A DNA stretch of 64,000 nt from Macrostomum lignano (GCA_002269645.1 NIVC01001450.1:62001-126000); one strand, 5' to 3'; shown: positions 38,928 to 50,776, numbered from the stretch's first letter. Notes: generated from the sequence alone by a model not told the origin. Made by a program: numbers and translations.

Positions 38928-39478
38928 TTGTCGATTTTATATTCCCTAAAAATAGATGCTCAAAATTCTCTTTATGATCCGAATGCTCCCACAGCACCTA
39001 GTGCACCCCAATATGAGCAACAAAAACTCTACCGTGTTATCACATGTAATTCTCAGCAGTTTCGATTGGTGGAAATTAAAAAAATGCGAGATGACATAAA
39101 AAAAATTTTCCACAACACAAAGAAAATCAAACGCTATAATAGCCACTGTAAATTTTTTGACTACAGCAATATGATTCTAGGATCTGTGTCTGTTCTATCT
39201 GGACCTGCTGCAGCTGTCTCAACGTTGCCAGTCATCACAGCCCCAATCGCAATCCCGCTCGGCTCTGTGGGTTCTGCATGTGGACTGGAATTTCAGCAAT
39301 TACTGGAGCATTAGCGCGAAACAGACGAAAAAAACTAAAGCAGCTACAGGAGAAGCAAGTAAAAGAGAAAGGGGTGCACACTTCAATCATAGGGTACATT
39401 TCAAGGGCAATCGAGGATAGGTTCATTTCAGAGGATGAGTTCCAAACCATTCAGGTTCTTTATGATCAATTCGAATGA
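38928..39478 (+). pseudogene. Hydrophobic two-segment protein of the type I recall from invertebrate Polintons, frameshifted near 39290
   Basis: QQFRLVEIKKMRDDI...small-residue hydrophobic stretch...RRKKLK...ISRAIEDRFISEDEF across ORFs 38928-39314 and 39278-39478. Confidence 0.55.
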
Positions 39479-39598
39479 ACTTGAACATGGTCGGTACTAA
39501 TGACATGAGTCAGCTGAGAAATGAACTCGAGAACGCTTTTCAACATTATGCGGAAAAAAATTCGGCAAGGACGACGAGAAATGCACCACAATGAACCC

Positions 39599-40000
39599 TT
39601 ATGAAACACAGCCAAGAATAATTTCCTTGTAGGTCTTTCGTGTTTTGGTCATTGCATACAAAACAGTCATGCACAGCTCACCGCAAATATCACTGCTAAG
39701 ACCTTGGAGAATAAAGTCTGAGTGGTAAATTTTTATATTATTTTTCCCCTTCCTATAATTTCTTAGCTCTTCTGGTACTGCCGTCCCATAGCTATCAAAG
39801 TAATAACACTTGTGCTTGCGATCGGGATCAATCACCCAGCAAACCCAATGAGATCCTGGCTTATCGGTGGTGTCAAAGTTCATGATGCCGCATTCCTTTC
39901 TTAGAGGAAAATCAGGCAGAGTGTCCCTCATAAATATTCCTCTAAAGTTTGGGATTTCCAGTTCGTTAGCCAAATCTTCAAGAAAGTTATTTGTCGTCAT
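39599..40000 (-). CDS. Adenain-like cysteine protease (Polinton PRO)
   Basis: Catalytic motifs in order: GSHW (H), YFDSYG (D), ILQ (Q), ICGELC (C). Confidence 0.9.
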   Translation of the reverse strand: MTTNNFLEDLANELEIPNFRGIFMRDTLPDFPLRKECGIMNFDTTDKPGSHWVCWVIDPDRKHKCYYFDSYGTAVPEELRNYRKGKNNIKIYHSDFILQGLSSDICGELCMTVLYAMTKTRKTYKEIILGCVS

Positions 40001-40039
40001 TTTTTATGAGGCAGGTATTTAAATATTTATTAAACTTTC

Positions 40040-40720
40040 TCTTAACCTCCACCTCCTAAACCCAATCTCCACCTCCTAAACCTAATCTCCAGTGCCCGAG
40101 CGGTAAACTGTTATATTGTCATCTAAAATGAATCTCTTGTTATCTGCACCTGACAGTCCAATATTTTTTTGCTGAATTGTGTGAATAATATGGTTTTTCG
40201 ATTGTAGCTTTGAAAACTCATGAGATGTCTTTTAGTTGCAATTCAAGGCGTCTCTGTATTCAGCTTTATTAATTTCCTAACCACGCGTTTCGGAATTCCC
40301 TTTGATTTTTTAATTGGGTCTGACGACTCACATTTTACAAAATAGGACTTTGCTCTCAACCCAATGAATTCAGTGATTATGTCACCAGCAATCTCGTCCT
40401 TCATTTTCCCAATCACTTTCTTGTTAGTGGCGTCAAACACTTGATCGCCATTCTGTGTCCTGCAAGATTCCTCATACTCGGACAAGTCAAACAAATCTTT
40501 TTGCTGCAGCATGTCCTGATAAATGTCTTCTGTTTAAATGTCCATAAAAAACTGTCTGTCAGTGTACAAGAGTTTCATTTTATCCTTGTACTGCTACTTC
40601 ATGCCATAGAAGAACTGGTACATCAGACGTTTTGATTCGTCGAGAACAGTGACACCTGTATAGATCGGCTTGCGCAGCGTTACCTTGGTTTTGTAAAATA
40701 TATTCACACCTAAGTAGCTA
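40040..40720 (-). pseudogene. Protein-primed DNA polymerase B, C-terminal part (frameshifted)
   Basis: KPIYTGVTVLDESKRLMYQFFY, LLYTD(T)DS, IGKMKDE..ITEFIGLRAKSY, KSKGI, LSGADNKRFIL, LPLGHW. Confidence 0.9.
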
Positions 40721-41596
40721 TTAAAGATATGGAGTTCTTTGAATGTTGGCTCATCCTCGAACACAATGCTGAACCCGGTCTCTAATTGGCACCCGAAATC
40801 CTCGTCTTCTTGGGCTTCTTGCTCAATCGTTCTTTTGAAGGTGAGGAGCTTCTCAAAGCTGTACCCCGAGAAAACAATGTTCGGGTACTTCATCATTAGC
40901 GAATAAAATGTGAACAAGCGCTGCCTGATCTTGGTTGGAATGCCGAGACGCCTGGCAGTTTCTTCGGTGGAAAGCCCAAGATGATATTTTATCACCGTCA
41001 ACACTTCAGCTTGCTTTTTCCTAGCCAAACAGGCAAGCACTTAAAGGTCGGCAACAAATTATTCTAACGCGTTAAATTGAAGATGCATACTGCCCTCGTC
41101 AGCTTGGACAGGGCCAAGACACATATTTCTCGCGTTTCCAAATCTAAAGAGAATAATATGGAATCATAATGTGAATAAATTCAATAGGTTTGTCTCTAGC
41201 TATTCTCAAAACCCTCAACAGACTGCATGAAAGCCTCAACTAATTTTGATCGGTTTCACAAAGTTAAGATTAAGATAAAGTTAAAGTTAAGATAGTAAAA
41301 ATAATAAGCAAAAAATCTTAGCGAGTTCTGATGATAATTTCTTCATTTTGTACGTGTATGTTACTAATCTTCTCCTTTAATCGAGCGATGAAGCGAACTT
41401 CGCGGCGTTCTTTCTCTTTGTCAGAATTTCTATCGCTACCAGTTTTTTCTTTCTTTGCTGACGACTTGTCTATTTGCTCTAGAGCTTTCATCAAGGACAC
41501 TTTCTCATTTTCCGCAACGTTCGATATAGTGATTTCTGTGCTAGACGGGTCTTTACTATTGATGCTTTTAATTAGAGTAAACATTCTGGAAGCCAT
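40720..41596 (-). pseudogene. HTH-like Polinton gene, copy B, fused in frame to the PolB C-terminal part
   Basis: MASRMFTLIKSINSK...EVRFIARLKEKISN...EEIIIRTR, mutated donor (ct for gt), LACLARKKQAEV..YHLGLSTEETARRLGI. Confidence 0.65.
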
Positions 41597-42173
41597 TATA
41601 CGCAAATCTAAATAATATGATAATATATATATATATATGACTGTCGGGTGACGAGGCGGAGCGGGCAGGGTAAGGCGGGGCAAGGTGCGGTGTGAATCGG
41701 CTGTTTATATACCTTTTGTGGTATACGGTAGTACTCGGAAATCCATGGAATATTCTGGGATATTCTAGAATATTCCCTTCTAGAAGGGAACCCGCAGATT
41801 TTCTATTTATAGGCAGAATTTTCTATTAATGGTTGATTGGGGTTGCCAAAGCGGAAAGAGAGACCAATGCGAAAAGTAAAGCATGTGTGGAATGCATAGC
41901 ATGGGTTTTATTTTTAGAACTTACGTCTGCACTCTACAAGGTACAACCCTGTAGTTGTCAACTACAACTGCGAATGTACTCCATTTTGTTTACCTTTATC
42001 CTACTAACTAACTATTAACAAGTTTTCGTTTCAGTATGGGCTCGGATTTCAGAATACATGCAAAAATAGTTTCGGGGATTGGAATTCCCCGGGTATAAAT
42101 TCCGCGGGTTTTAACAGCTTGCAATTTTTTAAATACTTGTTATTCAATTTTTATATCGATCTCCAAGAACTCC

Positions 42174-42617
42174 CTAGAAACCGCCACGAATGCCACTTTC
42201 TATCATGGATATCATTTCTTTATCACCAAGTAATTGCAATTCCACATTAGTATATTTCAACCCACATGCCCAGGATAATCCAGAAAGGGAAAAGCAATAC
42301 GCAGAATCTATCTTGAAATATTTCAAAAATGTTGATCGAAACTTCTCAAAAGCGTTGAGAAATGAGTAAATCTTTCTATTTGCTCCTGTTTTATCACTGG
42401 GAGGGGGCAAATATTTTGTTTCTTCTTCAGACAGTGTAAATGATGGTTCCAAAAACCTAGATCCATCTAAAAACACAACGCCACTGGTATAATTCCCCCA
42501 CTTAATTGCAACATGGTCTTCCAATGTTTTAGAACTGAAATCCAATTTATATGCTGCATTCTTTATTCTTGTTATTGGAACTATCAAATAGTTTAGGTTT
42601 TTTCCATATTTATTCAA
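42174..42617 (-). pseudogene. Protein-primed DNA polymerase B, N-terminal/exonuclease-region fragment
   Basis: FLDGSRF; FEKFRSTFLKYFKIDSAYCFSLSGLSWACGLKYTNVELQLLGDKEMISMIESGIRGG. Confidence 0.85.
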
Positions 42618-43469
42618 GCCATGCTGTGCTGGACTCTTCAGTTCTTTGGGAGATGTCGCACTTCGGGTTCAGGCGTCTCGCTCAGATACATTAGGTCCGC
42701 AGTTCGGAACGGCGTCGCAACACCAACACAGATACCGGCTTGCAGGAACACCTCGCTGTCGGCGGTGTTGACGACCTCAATGTAGCCGCGACCTTCAGGC
42801 ATCGTCATCAGAGCAGGCGCTGCTTCCAGAGCGTTGCAGCTGGGATGCAGCCTCGACTTAACAAGCTTGACAATTGATGGCGATCCTCGATTCTCAGGGT
42901 GGCCGTCATCCAGTCTGACGGCAAGCAGCGCTGAACTTTTAGGCGGCAAGGTGCACTTCTCAGAGGTGTACACTCGGCAGGTCTGAAGCTCACGACGCGA
43001 ATAACGAACGGGGATTCACGCGCCATTGTTAAAAGTCCATTCCTTGAGCGAAGTCCAAGTTCTGGCAGTGCTCTCGCATAAACGATACGCCAAGCAAGTT
43101 TTCACAATCGGAGACCGTGACGAGGAATTCGGTGTCCGCGACGACATCACCAAACTCCACGGGGATGGTCACCTTACAAGCAAGAGGGAGCTGCGTCCCA
43201 TCATACATAGTTACGCAATCGGGAATAGCATGAGATATAATACAACGAAGCATCCGACGTCTAATAGCGGCCCAGGTTGACGAACCAAGAAAGTTTTTTC
43301 CAGCTGCCGCTTTTAAGCAAGAAAGGGACCTCTCGACTCGCAACTCGGCCTGTGACGTACGGATCGGCCTCACGCGCATGGATTTTTTGATTCGGGGAGG
43401 TGTCCACGAAACCTCCGCACTCCGCGTCACTTACTGACGAGTGACTGTCGGACTGGGCATTGGCGCCAG

Positions 43470-43800
43470 GGGAGCCGCAACGGCGACATCCGCAGAGCGG
43501 CCAGAGGAGCCGCCAACGGCGACATCCGCAGAGCGGCCGAAGGAGCCGACATCCACAGAGCGGCCAGAGGAGCCACCACCGGCGGCGTACACAGAGCGGC
43601 CAGAAGAGCCACCACCGGCGACGTCCGCAGAGCGGCCAGAGAAGCTGCCACCCGCTGTCACAGTGGAACGGCCAGAGGAGCCGCCACCGGCGACGGCCGT
43701 AAAGCGGCCAGGGGTGCCGCCACCGGCGATGTCCGCAGAGCGGCCAGAGGAGCCGCCACCGGCGACGTCCGCAGAGCGGCCAGAGGGGCCGCCGCTGTTG
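43470..43800. repeat. 36-bp tandem repeat (~9 copies) between gag and protease of Gypsy-4
   Basis: ccgccaccggcgacgtccgcagagcggccagaggag; SGRSADVAGGGS on minus, PPPATSAERPEE on plus. Confidence 0.9.
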
Positions 43801-45535
43801 CCGTCGCTTGAAAAAGGTATAAACCTTAGCTCGCTGCGAAAACTGTACACGCGCCGCAGCTCGGCTGAGTTCATTTCCCCCGGCTTTTTTATTTCCGGCA
43901 TGAAAACACCTCTTAGGTTCTTAAAGTTAATTTTGCAACCCATACCGGCGGAAACTGAAATTCATAATTTAAAATGATGAATTTGATGAATTATGAACTA
44001 AAATAAATTGTATAGTAAAATCTGGATAATTGCAGAAAGAATAAAAAGAACTCGCTTAAAATAGACTACTTAAAGTTTAATGAATTGTTTTAGGGCTCAC
44101 CATAAGCCATTCGCACGGCAGCGCGAACCTCCTTGCGCATCAAATCAACCGTAGGTTGTCGCCCTGACGATTGCGTAAGCTGATTTTCGGATGATAAAAG
44201 TTCAAATTTCTAAAAAACGCCGTGCGTCGATTAGTATAGGAGATTAAATAGATAACCAGTATCCATACATTAGATATTACAAGCAGAACCAAACGGAAGG
44301 ATATTAAAATATAAATTCCTACTGAATTTCTTTCTTGACATACTCTTGCTAGTCCTTAAATACTGTTATTATAATTACCTGAATAAGACCACACTCCGCG
44401 TGGAGAAATTCGTCTAATCCTGGAGACGCGCATACACGGAGATTCGTCCCGTCGCGCTTCTTAGAAATAACAACTACATGGTAGTTGTTAAACATCGCAC
44501 GGGCCTAGAGGAAGAATTGCGTAACGTCATTATGGAGGGAGAGAAAAACAGTTCAGCCCAACTGCCGATCTGATCATTTACGAAAAAATATATTTCTGAT
44601 AGCTAAATTCCATATCGTACTTAGCTTTACCATACTGTCTATCATTACCAGTTCCTCCAACTCAAGCCCCGATGGGCATCGCTGATGGCTCTGCTCATTT
44701 GCCTCCTTGGTAACATTCTAGCACGGCCCTGTCGTCATCGGTGAGTTTCTTGAACTCATTAGCTAAGAAAGACATCGGTTCCATCGAAAAGCGGTCTGAA
44801 AGATAAATCCAAACAGTTTAAACGAAAACTAAATTGCTTAAGTCACTGATTTTAAACTTAATGAATAAAATATGCTAAACTTACTGGATCCTCTTAGCTT
44901 CACAAACATGGACCATGCACTTCTTTTTCGAACTTTGCCAAGGCGCCCTATAGTTAAAATAAAAGCACTTCTGGAAAAGCACTTCTCGCACTTCATCTCA
45001 AACATTTCGAGCCAAATTCGAATGTCCATTGATGGCTTGTACTTGGCGATTTTAATCTGCTTTTTAATCTGCAGATTCATCTGCCGGTTCATATTTACGA
45101 GCAGGTTTTGCAGCAGGTTAGCATTTACGCCTGCGCCAAGACCTCTAATGAAGTCTGCATCTGCTCCAAATATGCCACCATCAGGGCTAGCGCATCGAGA
45201 TGCGGCTGCAGCGGCGGCTGCGCCCCTGTTCTCATTCGGAATTTGCTCTGAACCACTCTCTAACGAACGGGATCGGTTCAATGACATTCTCACTTCTATA
45301 AGGCGAGAATTCAACTGTTTCTAACTAGCAGCGAGCTTCGCGCGATCTAATACTAATAGCTTATATACTAGGGAAGCTTGTTGGTATGGTATTCCCAACA
45401 GCTGCTTCACTATTAAACTTCCTAACTATTTGGTCTGGAGTTAGAGTCGGTATCGTAATCCCAATCGCTGCTACCAGTGACGTGCTTTAGCTTTAAGAAT
45501 TTGGGGTTGCTCTGATCTGGGCCTGAAGATCTTGG

Positions 45536-45554
45536 AATCCCACCGCTATCACCA
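45536..45554 (-). promoter_or_regulatory. Primer-binding site, tRNA-Leu-like (second copy at 45457-45476)
   Basis: Minus strand TGGTGATAGCGGTGGGATT versus the recalled tRNA-Leu 3' complement TGGTGGCAGCGGTGGGATT, 17/19; preceded by ...CA-C. Confidence 0.65.
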
Positions 45555-46069
45555 GTGAAGTGTCGTGGTATCTTGCTGCTAGGGTGAGGCGGACTGCTAT
45601 TTCACCAGCGTGGGAACCGTAGGATCCGCAATGAAGGGGTCTGTTTGGGCTCCACTCAAATAAATAACGCTAGAACAACTAGTCTCAGAGATTTCAATGT
45701 CCAAGTGACAGGACTCAATGGTAGCAAATGGCCTGAGCGGCGCAGTCCTGGCACTGACAATTGTCCGCGCTTGAGCGTGTCTGAGTTTAGCTCTCAGAGG
45801 ACCCCTAACTCCTACTAACCTAATAGCTACGTCTCGCGCAAATGGGCGGCGAGGAAATAGGTCTATGCGCCTGCGGCAGCAATAGACTCTAGGCGTATAA
45901 ACTAACAGCTATTTCTTAGAATCGCGCACGAGTGCTGCGACTGCACACTCACTCTCACTCTTATTCGCGCCTGTGTCGCGAATTGACACTAGCAGAATGG
46001 CTTCAGCCCACTGCTTTCCTGCCAATAGGGTAGGCTGGAAAACCAGAGCTATAGCACTAGCAATGCTCT

Positions 46070-46200
46070 ACCAAGACCTGCTCAGGAGCGTGCTTTCTGC
46101 TTGAGCGCTGCAATGCTCTGCCAAGACCTGCTCAGGAGCTTGCGTCTGCTTAGCGATGCTTATAGCTCTACCAAGACCTGCTCAGGAGCTTTGCTTCGCT
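46070..46200. repeat. Three ~50-bp repeats (ctct[a/g]ccaagacctgctcaggagc core) in the Gypsy-4 LTR-like region
   Basis: Direct inspection. Confidence 0.85.
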
Positions 46201-46794
46201 GTTAACCGGCGCTAGAGCGCTTTCTCGGAGAAGATTCTCAACGAGTCTGACCAGCGGTAAAAACCGTTCTGAGGAAAAATTCAGACAAGCGGGCCTGCAT
46301 TCGTTAATATAGAACGCGGAGGGTGGAGCGTTTGGGCATTCCGTGGCTTGACCATGGAACTGCAGCCGAAAAGTGCGGATAATGATGCACAACAGATATT
46401 GATTAAACATGGGGGAAATAGCTTGTACGAAGCGCCGACAGTCGCCTCAAGCCACTAGTGACAATAGCATGCCAAATTTGGGCTTGTGCGCACAAGGCTG
46501 CACGTGAGGGAGGGTTCAGTTCGGGACACGGGGTCCGCGAAACCCTCAGTCTAAAAATAGCTAGCCAGACAATCCACTAAACAAAAAATACGTGGCTAGC
46601 CAGGTGGCTCCACCGTGGACCCACACAGGCTAGCCCTTGCGAGTCCACACAGTGCGCACAGTGATAGTACGCTAGATATGCTAAGGAACGCTGCTTTTGG
46701 TCCGTGTGGGCTAGGGTGGGCTGGTCGAGTGCACCCGCGGACGGGAATGAGAAGTCTGGGAATTCTCTGAGTGTTAAAAATAGACACCGCTAAA

Positions 46795-46862
46795 AATTGG
46801 TCGAGTGGCCAGTGGGCCTGACTTGAAATTGGAAGGTTTGAGGTTCGAATCCTGCTAGACAA
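46795..46862 (+). other. tRNA-derived fragment or SINE head with Pol III A and B boxes
   Basis: A-box tggtcgagtgg and B-box ggttcgaatcc at tRNA-like spacing; no convincing acceptor stem. Confidence 0.5.
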
Positions 46863-48733
46863 AATATTATCTTAATGTAAATATTGTGCGTGTAAAAAAG
46901 CAGAACATGCAGAAAAGCAGAAATTAGAATTTGAGTGAACAAACGTTAAATTATGGTAATGAGGATTATTATAAGGATTAAAGGATTGCTGGTTTAAGTG
47001 ATGAAAATACACGTATTAGAAAAGTAGTATCGAAAGAGTAAAAATTATTATTTATTCAAACATAAATAAAAAACAGTGGAAATGATTTTTTTAATTTTAG
47101 TATTAGCACCCATACTTCTTCGTCTGTAATCATATTACTTTAAATCAGTAGCTCATTTTGGGATTGAAGAATTTAAGTGATTAAGCTCTCGATAATGTAT
47201 TGGAGAGCCACTCATAAGCCAAATTGATATTAGGTTAGCCAATAGCCTAAACTAAGATGCACAGGGAAGGCCCCTTGCGTGCACGCGCTCGCAGCTCACA
47301 CTGCTGCTAATATCAGCAGTAGTCTGAAGGGTAAGCTCAACTGCCTGCAAGTTAGCGATGTGGCAGTCCATTAGTGTAGCAGTTGCAGGCCTAAAGTAAC
47401 TCTCATGAAGTCACGGACTCATGGTCCCTATTTTATTGGCTTGTTTTTCTTTTGGTACGGTTTGAGTCTAGCAGTACTAATATTAATCACATAGTAATCT
47501 TTTGTAACACTTGGGATGAAGCACATTTAGTTCCTGTCATATTTATTGTCATTGAAGTCGAAGATCAATTATATACCGGTACCGTATTGATGTATCGTAT
47601 TTTTTGTTAAAAATATTCTTTATTTGAAAGTTTAACTGTTGTGCTACCTTAGATACATTTTTTTCTGGTAAAAAAGTCTTCCGTTTTAAATGTATTGTGA
47701 TAACACTTGGAAACTCTTCTGCTTCTATCATAAACAAGTTATAAAATCTTAAAGTAAGTTTAGTTTTGTTAATGTTTTCCGTAGCTGTTGACAACAGGAA
47801 CTAATTACCTTTTGAGGTGGGGGTGGAGAAGAAAATAAAATTTTTGAAATTGTAGAATTAGGGTTTGTCGTCGGCACGTAAAGCCGGAAAATTGCACAAA
47901 TTGCTGCGTTGAGTCTTCTCCTTGGATACTCCGTCTGCCGGGGTCCTCAATTCCGGGGGGAGGGTAGTCGTGTTCGTAGTCGAGCGGTCTTGTAGCGGCC
48001 CGGGTCGTTCAGATTGGTTCCTCGGACACCGTAAAATTCATAGTTCGTCGAAAATGCTCGCTTGGTTACTAACAGTAGTAAAGTAGCGCTGCCACCACCG
48101 TAAATGTCGTTTTACGGAACGTTGAGGGTCTCAGCTTTCTTTGAGTTGAGACTGACTGGTTATTTTACGCCCCGCGGGCAAATGACTCAATAGAAAACTA
48201 AAGGCTTCGATTCTGAACAACTGAATGAATATTATTAATATTTACTAACTTATTATGATTTCGTTATTATTATTATTATCATTAATTATTATAGCTACGC
48301 GAGATAATTGAGCAAAGACCAGAAACAAAGAACAAAACAAGCTAACCAACAACCAACAGGAGGGGGGATAGAGAAGAATTGAAAAAATGGTAGTAAAACG
48401 CAATGATTTTTATACACAAATAATACATAGATCCAATTGGGGGAACACCGAGGGGAACACTGGCGGGAAAAAAGGCAAACCCCGAAAGGAACACAGCAAA
48501 ACAAAGCGGGACCAAGGGAAGGGGCAACTATTAGACCAAAGGTGGGGGCAACGAAGGGAAAGCGCACAGTTCATCCGGGGGAGCAGAAGTGACGTCAAAA
48601 TTATCCCACCGGGTGAAGGCACTTCGCGCGTCGCCAACCGTTGCAGTAGCCCCAGTGGTAGACCGGCCTACCACAGGCGCGGGGGCGCCGGGGGGGACCT
48701 GGCAACAGTTGACGAGCGCCTCCGTTCGTCTTC

Positions 48734-49490
48734 TTAAGTTCGGCGGCCCCGTGTCGCCGGCCGGCCTCGGCGAGCAGGGGCATCAGGGTCGGACTGGGCG
48801 GAGCTGGCGACGCGAGCGTGGTGGCTGAGCTGCAGAAGGGCCGGGGTCAGCCCTCGCCCCAGCGTCGCAGCATTGTCCACGAAATTGCCGACCAGCGCGC
48901 AGAATGTCCCGTAGGGCAGACCTCCCGCTGACTGCCGCAGCCGTTCGCACAGAAAATCGGCAGTTGCGGACACGGCACGGGCCACAGCCGGTTGCCCTCT
49001 GGTCTGGGCATAACTGCGCCAGTGGCGGCCGTCTGACATCCGCCGATTGTTGCCGTCCCCGGCGAATTCCCACAGCAACAACTCGGCGAGGTGCTGGACT
49101 GGTTCGGCCGGGGGGGGGGGGGGTCAGCGACTGCGGCCTCCACTGGCGACGGCTGGCTCGACCCGTTCGTCCAATTCGTCGGCGGAAATGGCGGGGTGAT
49201 GAAGGGGTCTGGTCCCAACACGCGGACGGGCTCCGGCTTCTGGGCCAGGGGGACGGCATCCACCTGGTCTAGCAGCCGGTGCAGGCCAGTGCCGAGGCTA
49301 CTCGCTGGCGAGGGCGCCGGAGCCGGTGGGGCCAGGCCAGGTGCGGCTTCGCTGAAGGGGTCGAAGGCTGCGAGCAGGTCCTGATCGAATTCCTCATTGT
49401 CGGCTTCGTAGCCGTCGACGTGCTCCAAAGCCTCGCGGATTTCGCGGCTGAGCGGAGACTCGTCTCCCATAGGATCGTCGGCAAACATAG
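48734..49490 (-). CDS. Putative accessory ORF downstream of Gypsy-2 integrase (~250 aa if a poly-C indel near 49110-49123 is corrected)
   Basis: Acidic MFADDPMGDE...EEFDQDLLAAFDPF, a Pro-rich segment, then in a shifted frame AEPVQHLAELLLWEF...ADFLCERLRQ...PARRGRPATRGRRT. Confidence 0.45.
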
Positions 49491-50407
49491 TAGAATAGGT
49501 GATGTAGGAATCTCGCTGAGCAATTTCGGCCGGACGAACAGAATTGATGAAAAAATTAGAAAATGGCTCCTTTAAAAAGGGCACAAAATATTCCAACTGG
49601 TGGAATTGTAAACCAACCAGAGGAAATAAAATTCAACCGCTGGAATTGAGCCATCACCCCTCGTGCACTCTAAGGTGGCACACAGAGTTAAGGTGAGCGC
49701 ATGAATCAAGGAGTCATAAAATAGATAACCGCGCGGCAGGGGTCCAAAATCTGAATGAATGAATGGGGCGCCTCGCACTGCTCACAACCGGCTGGCGGTT
49801 AGAGAGAGGGGGGCTGAATAATCGCATAAACAGTAGTTTAGAAAAATAGTAAGAAACATAGGTAGTTCCTAAAAATTAGAATAGCAGATAGATACAGGCA
49901 TGGCTGCTGAGTTAGAATTTGGATCTCCATACGGAGTTACACGAAAGGCAAAAGGCACTGGGAAAAGGGCTGGACAGGCGCCCTTACAAATTTTCCCAGG
50001 CTCGGCTCGGTCAAAACAAAGAAAAATGGGGGCCGTTCACCTCAGATGCCCTCCGCTGAGGACAAGGCCTAGAGCCAGGGTGGCTAGACCTGAGCGGGGC
50101 AAGCGACTGGGGGCACAGAGCAACATTGGCTTGCAAAATTAAGAGATACCTTCAGCCATAAGCAAGGACTGCAAGGTTTACAACTGAAATAAAAACTTCG
50201 CAAGTTAATGACACGCAATCGAGCAAAATTGATAAATCGCATGCGTATAAATAATTGTCGCGTAGGTACTGGCCTTTTCCATCAAGCCTAAGGCTAAATA
50301 TCAGAACGCAGAAGTGCGGGTCGCGTTGAATAAATATGACACCAATTGAGCATGAGCACAATGTACAAAGGCTTTTGACCGGAAAGCGTAAGGAGCAGAA
50401 ATTGGGA

Positions 50408-50620
50408 AAATTAGTTGCTTTTGCCCTCAAGCATAAGGAAAGTACAGAAAATTAGTTGCTTTTGCCCTCAAGCATAAGGAAAGTACAGAAAATCAGTTGC
50501 TTCTGCCCTCAAGCATAAGGAAAGTACATTGAGAAACTGCTTTTGCCGTCAAGCATAAGGAAACGGACAGAAAAATTAGTTGCTTTTATCCCTGAAGCAT
50601 AAGGAAAGTACATTGAGCGG
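50408..50620. repeat. 41-bp tandem repeat (~5 copies) 3' of Gypsy-2 pol
   Basis: ttagttgcttttgccctcaagcataaggaaagtacagaaaa at 50411, 50452, 50493 and degenerate copies after. Confidence 0.9.
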
Positions 50621-50776
50621 GGAAAATTGAAAAACTGCTTTCAGCACAGAACGGGTGCAGAGAAAGCTTACAGCAAGATTTTTATTCAGAACGCGTTCAC
50701 AAACTTAACTACTCATAGTAATGCGCAACGGTAATTTAGCTATTAGGCGCAATATTAAATCGCTGGTAAATACCTT

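Larger units (their letters stand above)
33800..42620 (-). mobile_element. Degenerate, rearranged Polinton/Maverick remnant
   Basis: AT-rich block with pPolB fragments, an adenain protease and small ORFs. No integrase, packaging ATPase, capsid or TIRs recognised; boundaries approximate. Confidence 0.8.
42638..46600 (-). mobile_element. Gypsy-4: truncated, degenerate Ty3/Gypsy element (LTR-like region, PBS, gag fragments, protease, post-protease domain); RT-RH-IN absent
   Basis: gag-like ORF 44838-45314 (IAKYKPSMDIRIWLEMFE); DPYVTGRVASREVPFLLKSGS and LEAAPALMTMPEGRGYIEVVN parallel the Gypsy-2 sequences DPFLTGEIQGRYFAFLLDTGS and LDAAPALISMANGEGAIEMIN; tRNA-Leu-like PBS. Right boundary approximate. 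Confidence 0.75.

Noticed and set aside
44430-44500. RT-like peptide VVISKKRDGTNLRVCV amid the Gypsy-4 gag region
   Set aside because: Short, out of expected domain order, and flanks do not extend the match.
46795-46862. Functional tRNA-Ser(UGA)
   Set aside because: No long variable arm or clean acceptor stem; kept only as a tRNA-derived fragment.
47786-48708. Candidate Gypsy-2 3' LTR (TGTTG...CAACA)
   Set aside because: No adjacent PPT and no matching second copy upstream of gag; 5-bp termini can occur by chance.
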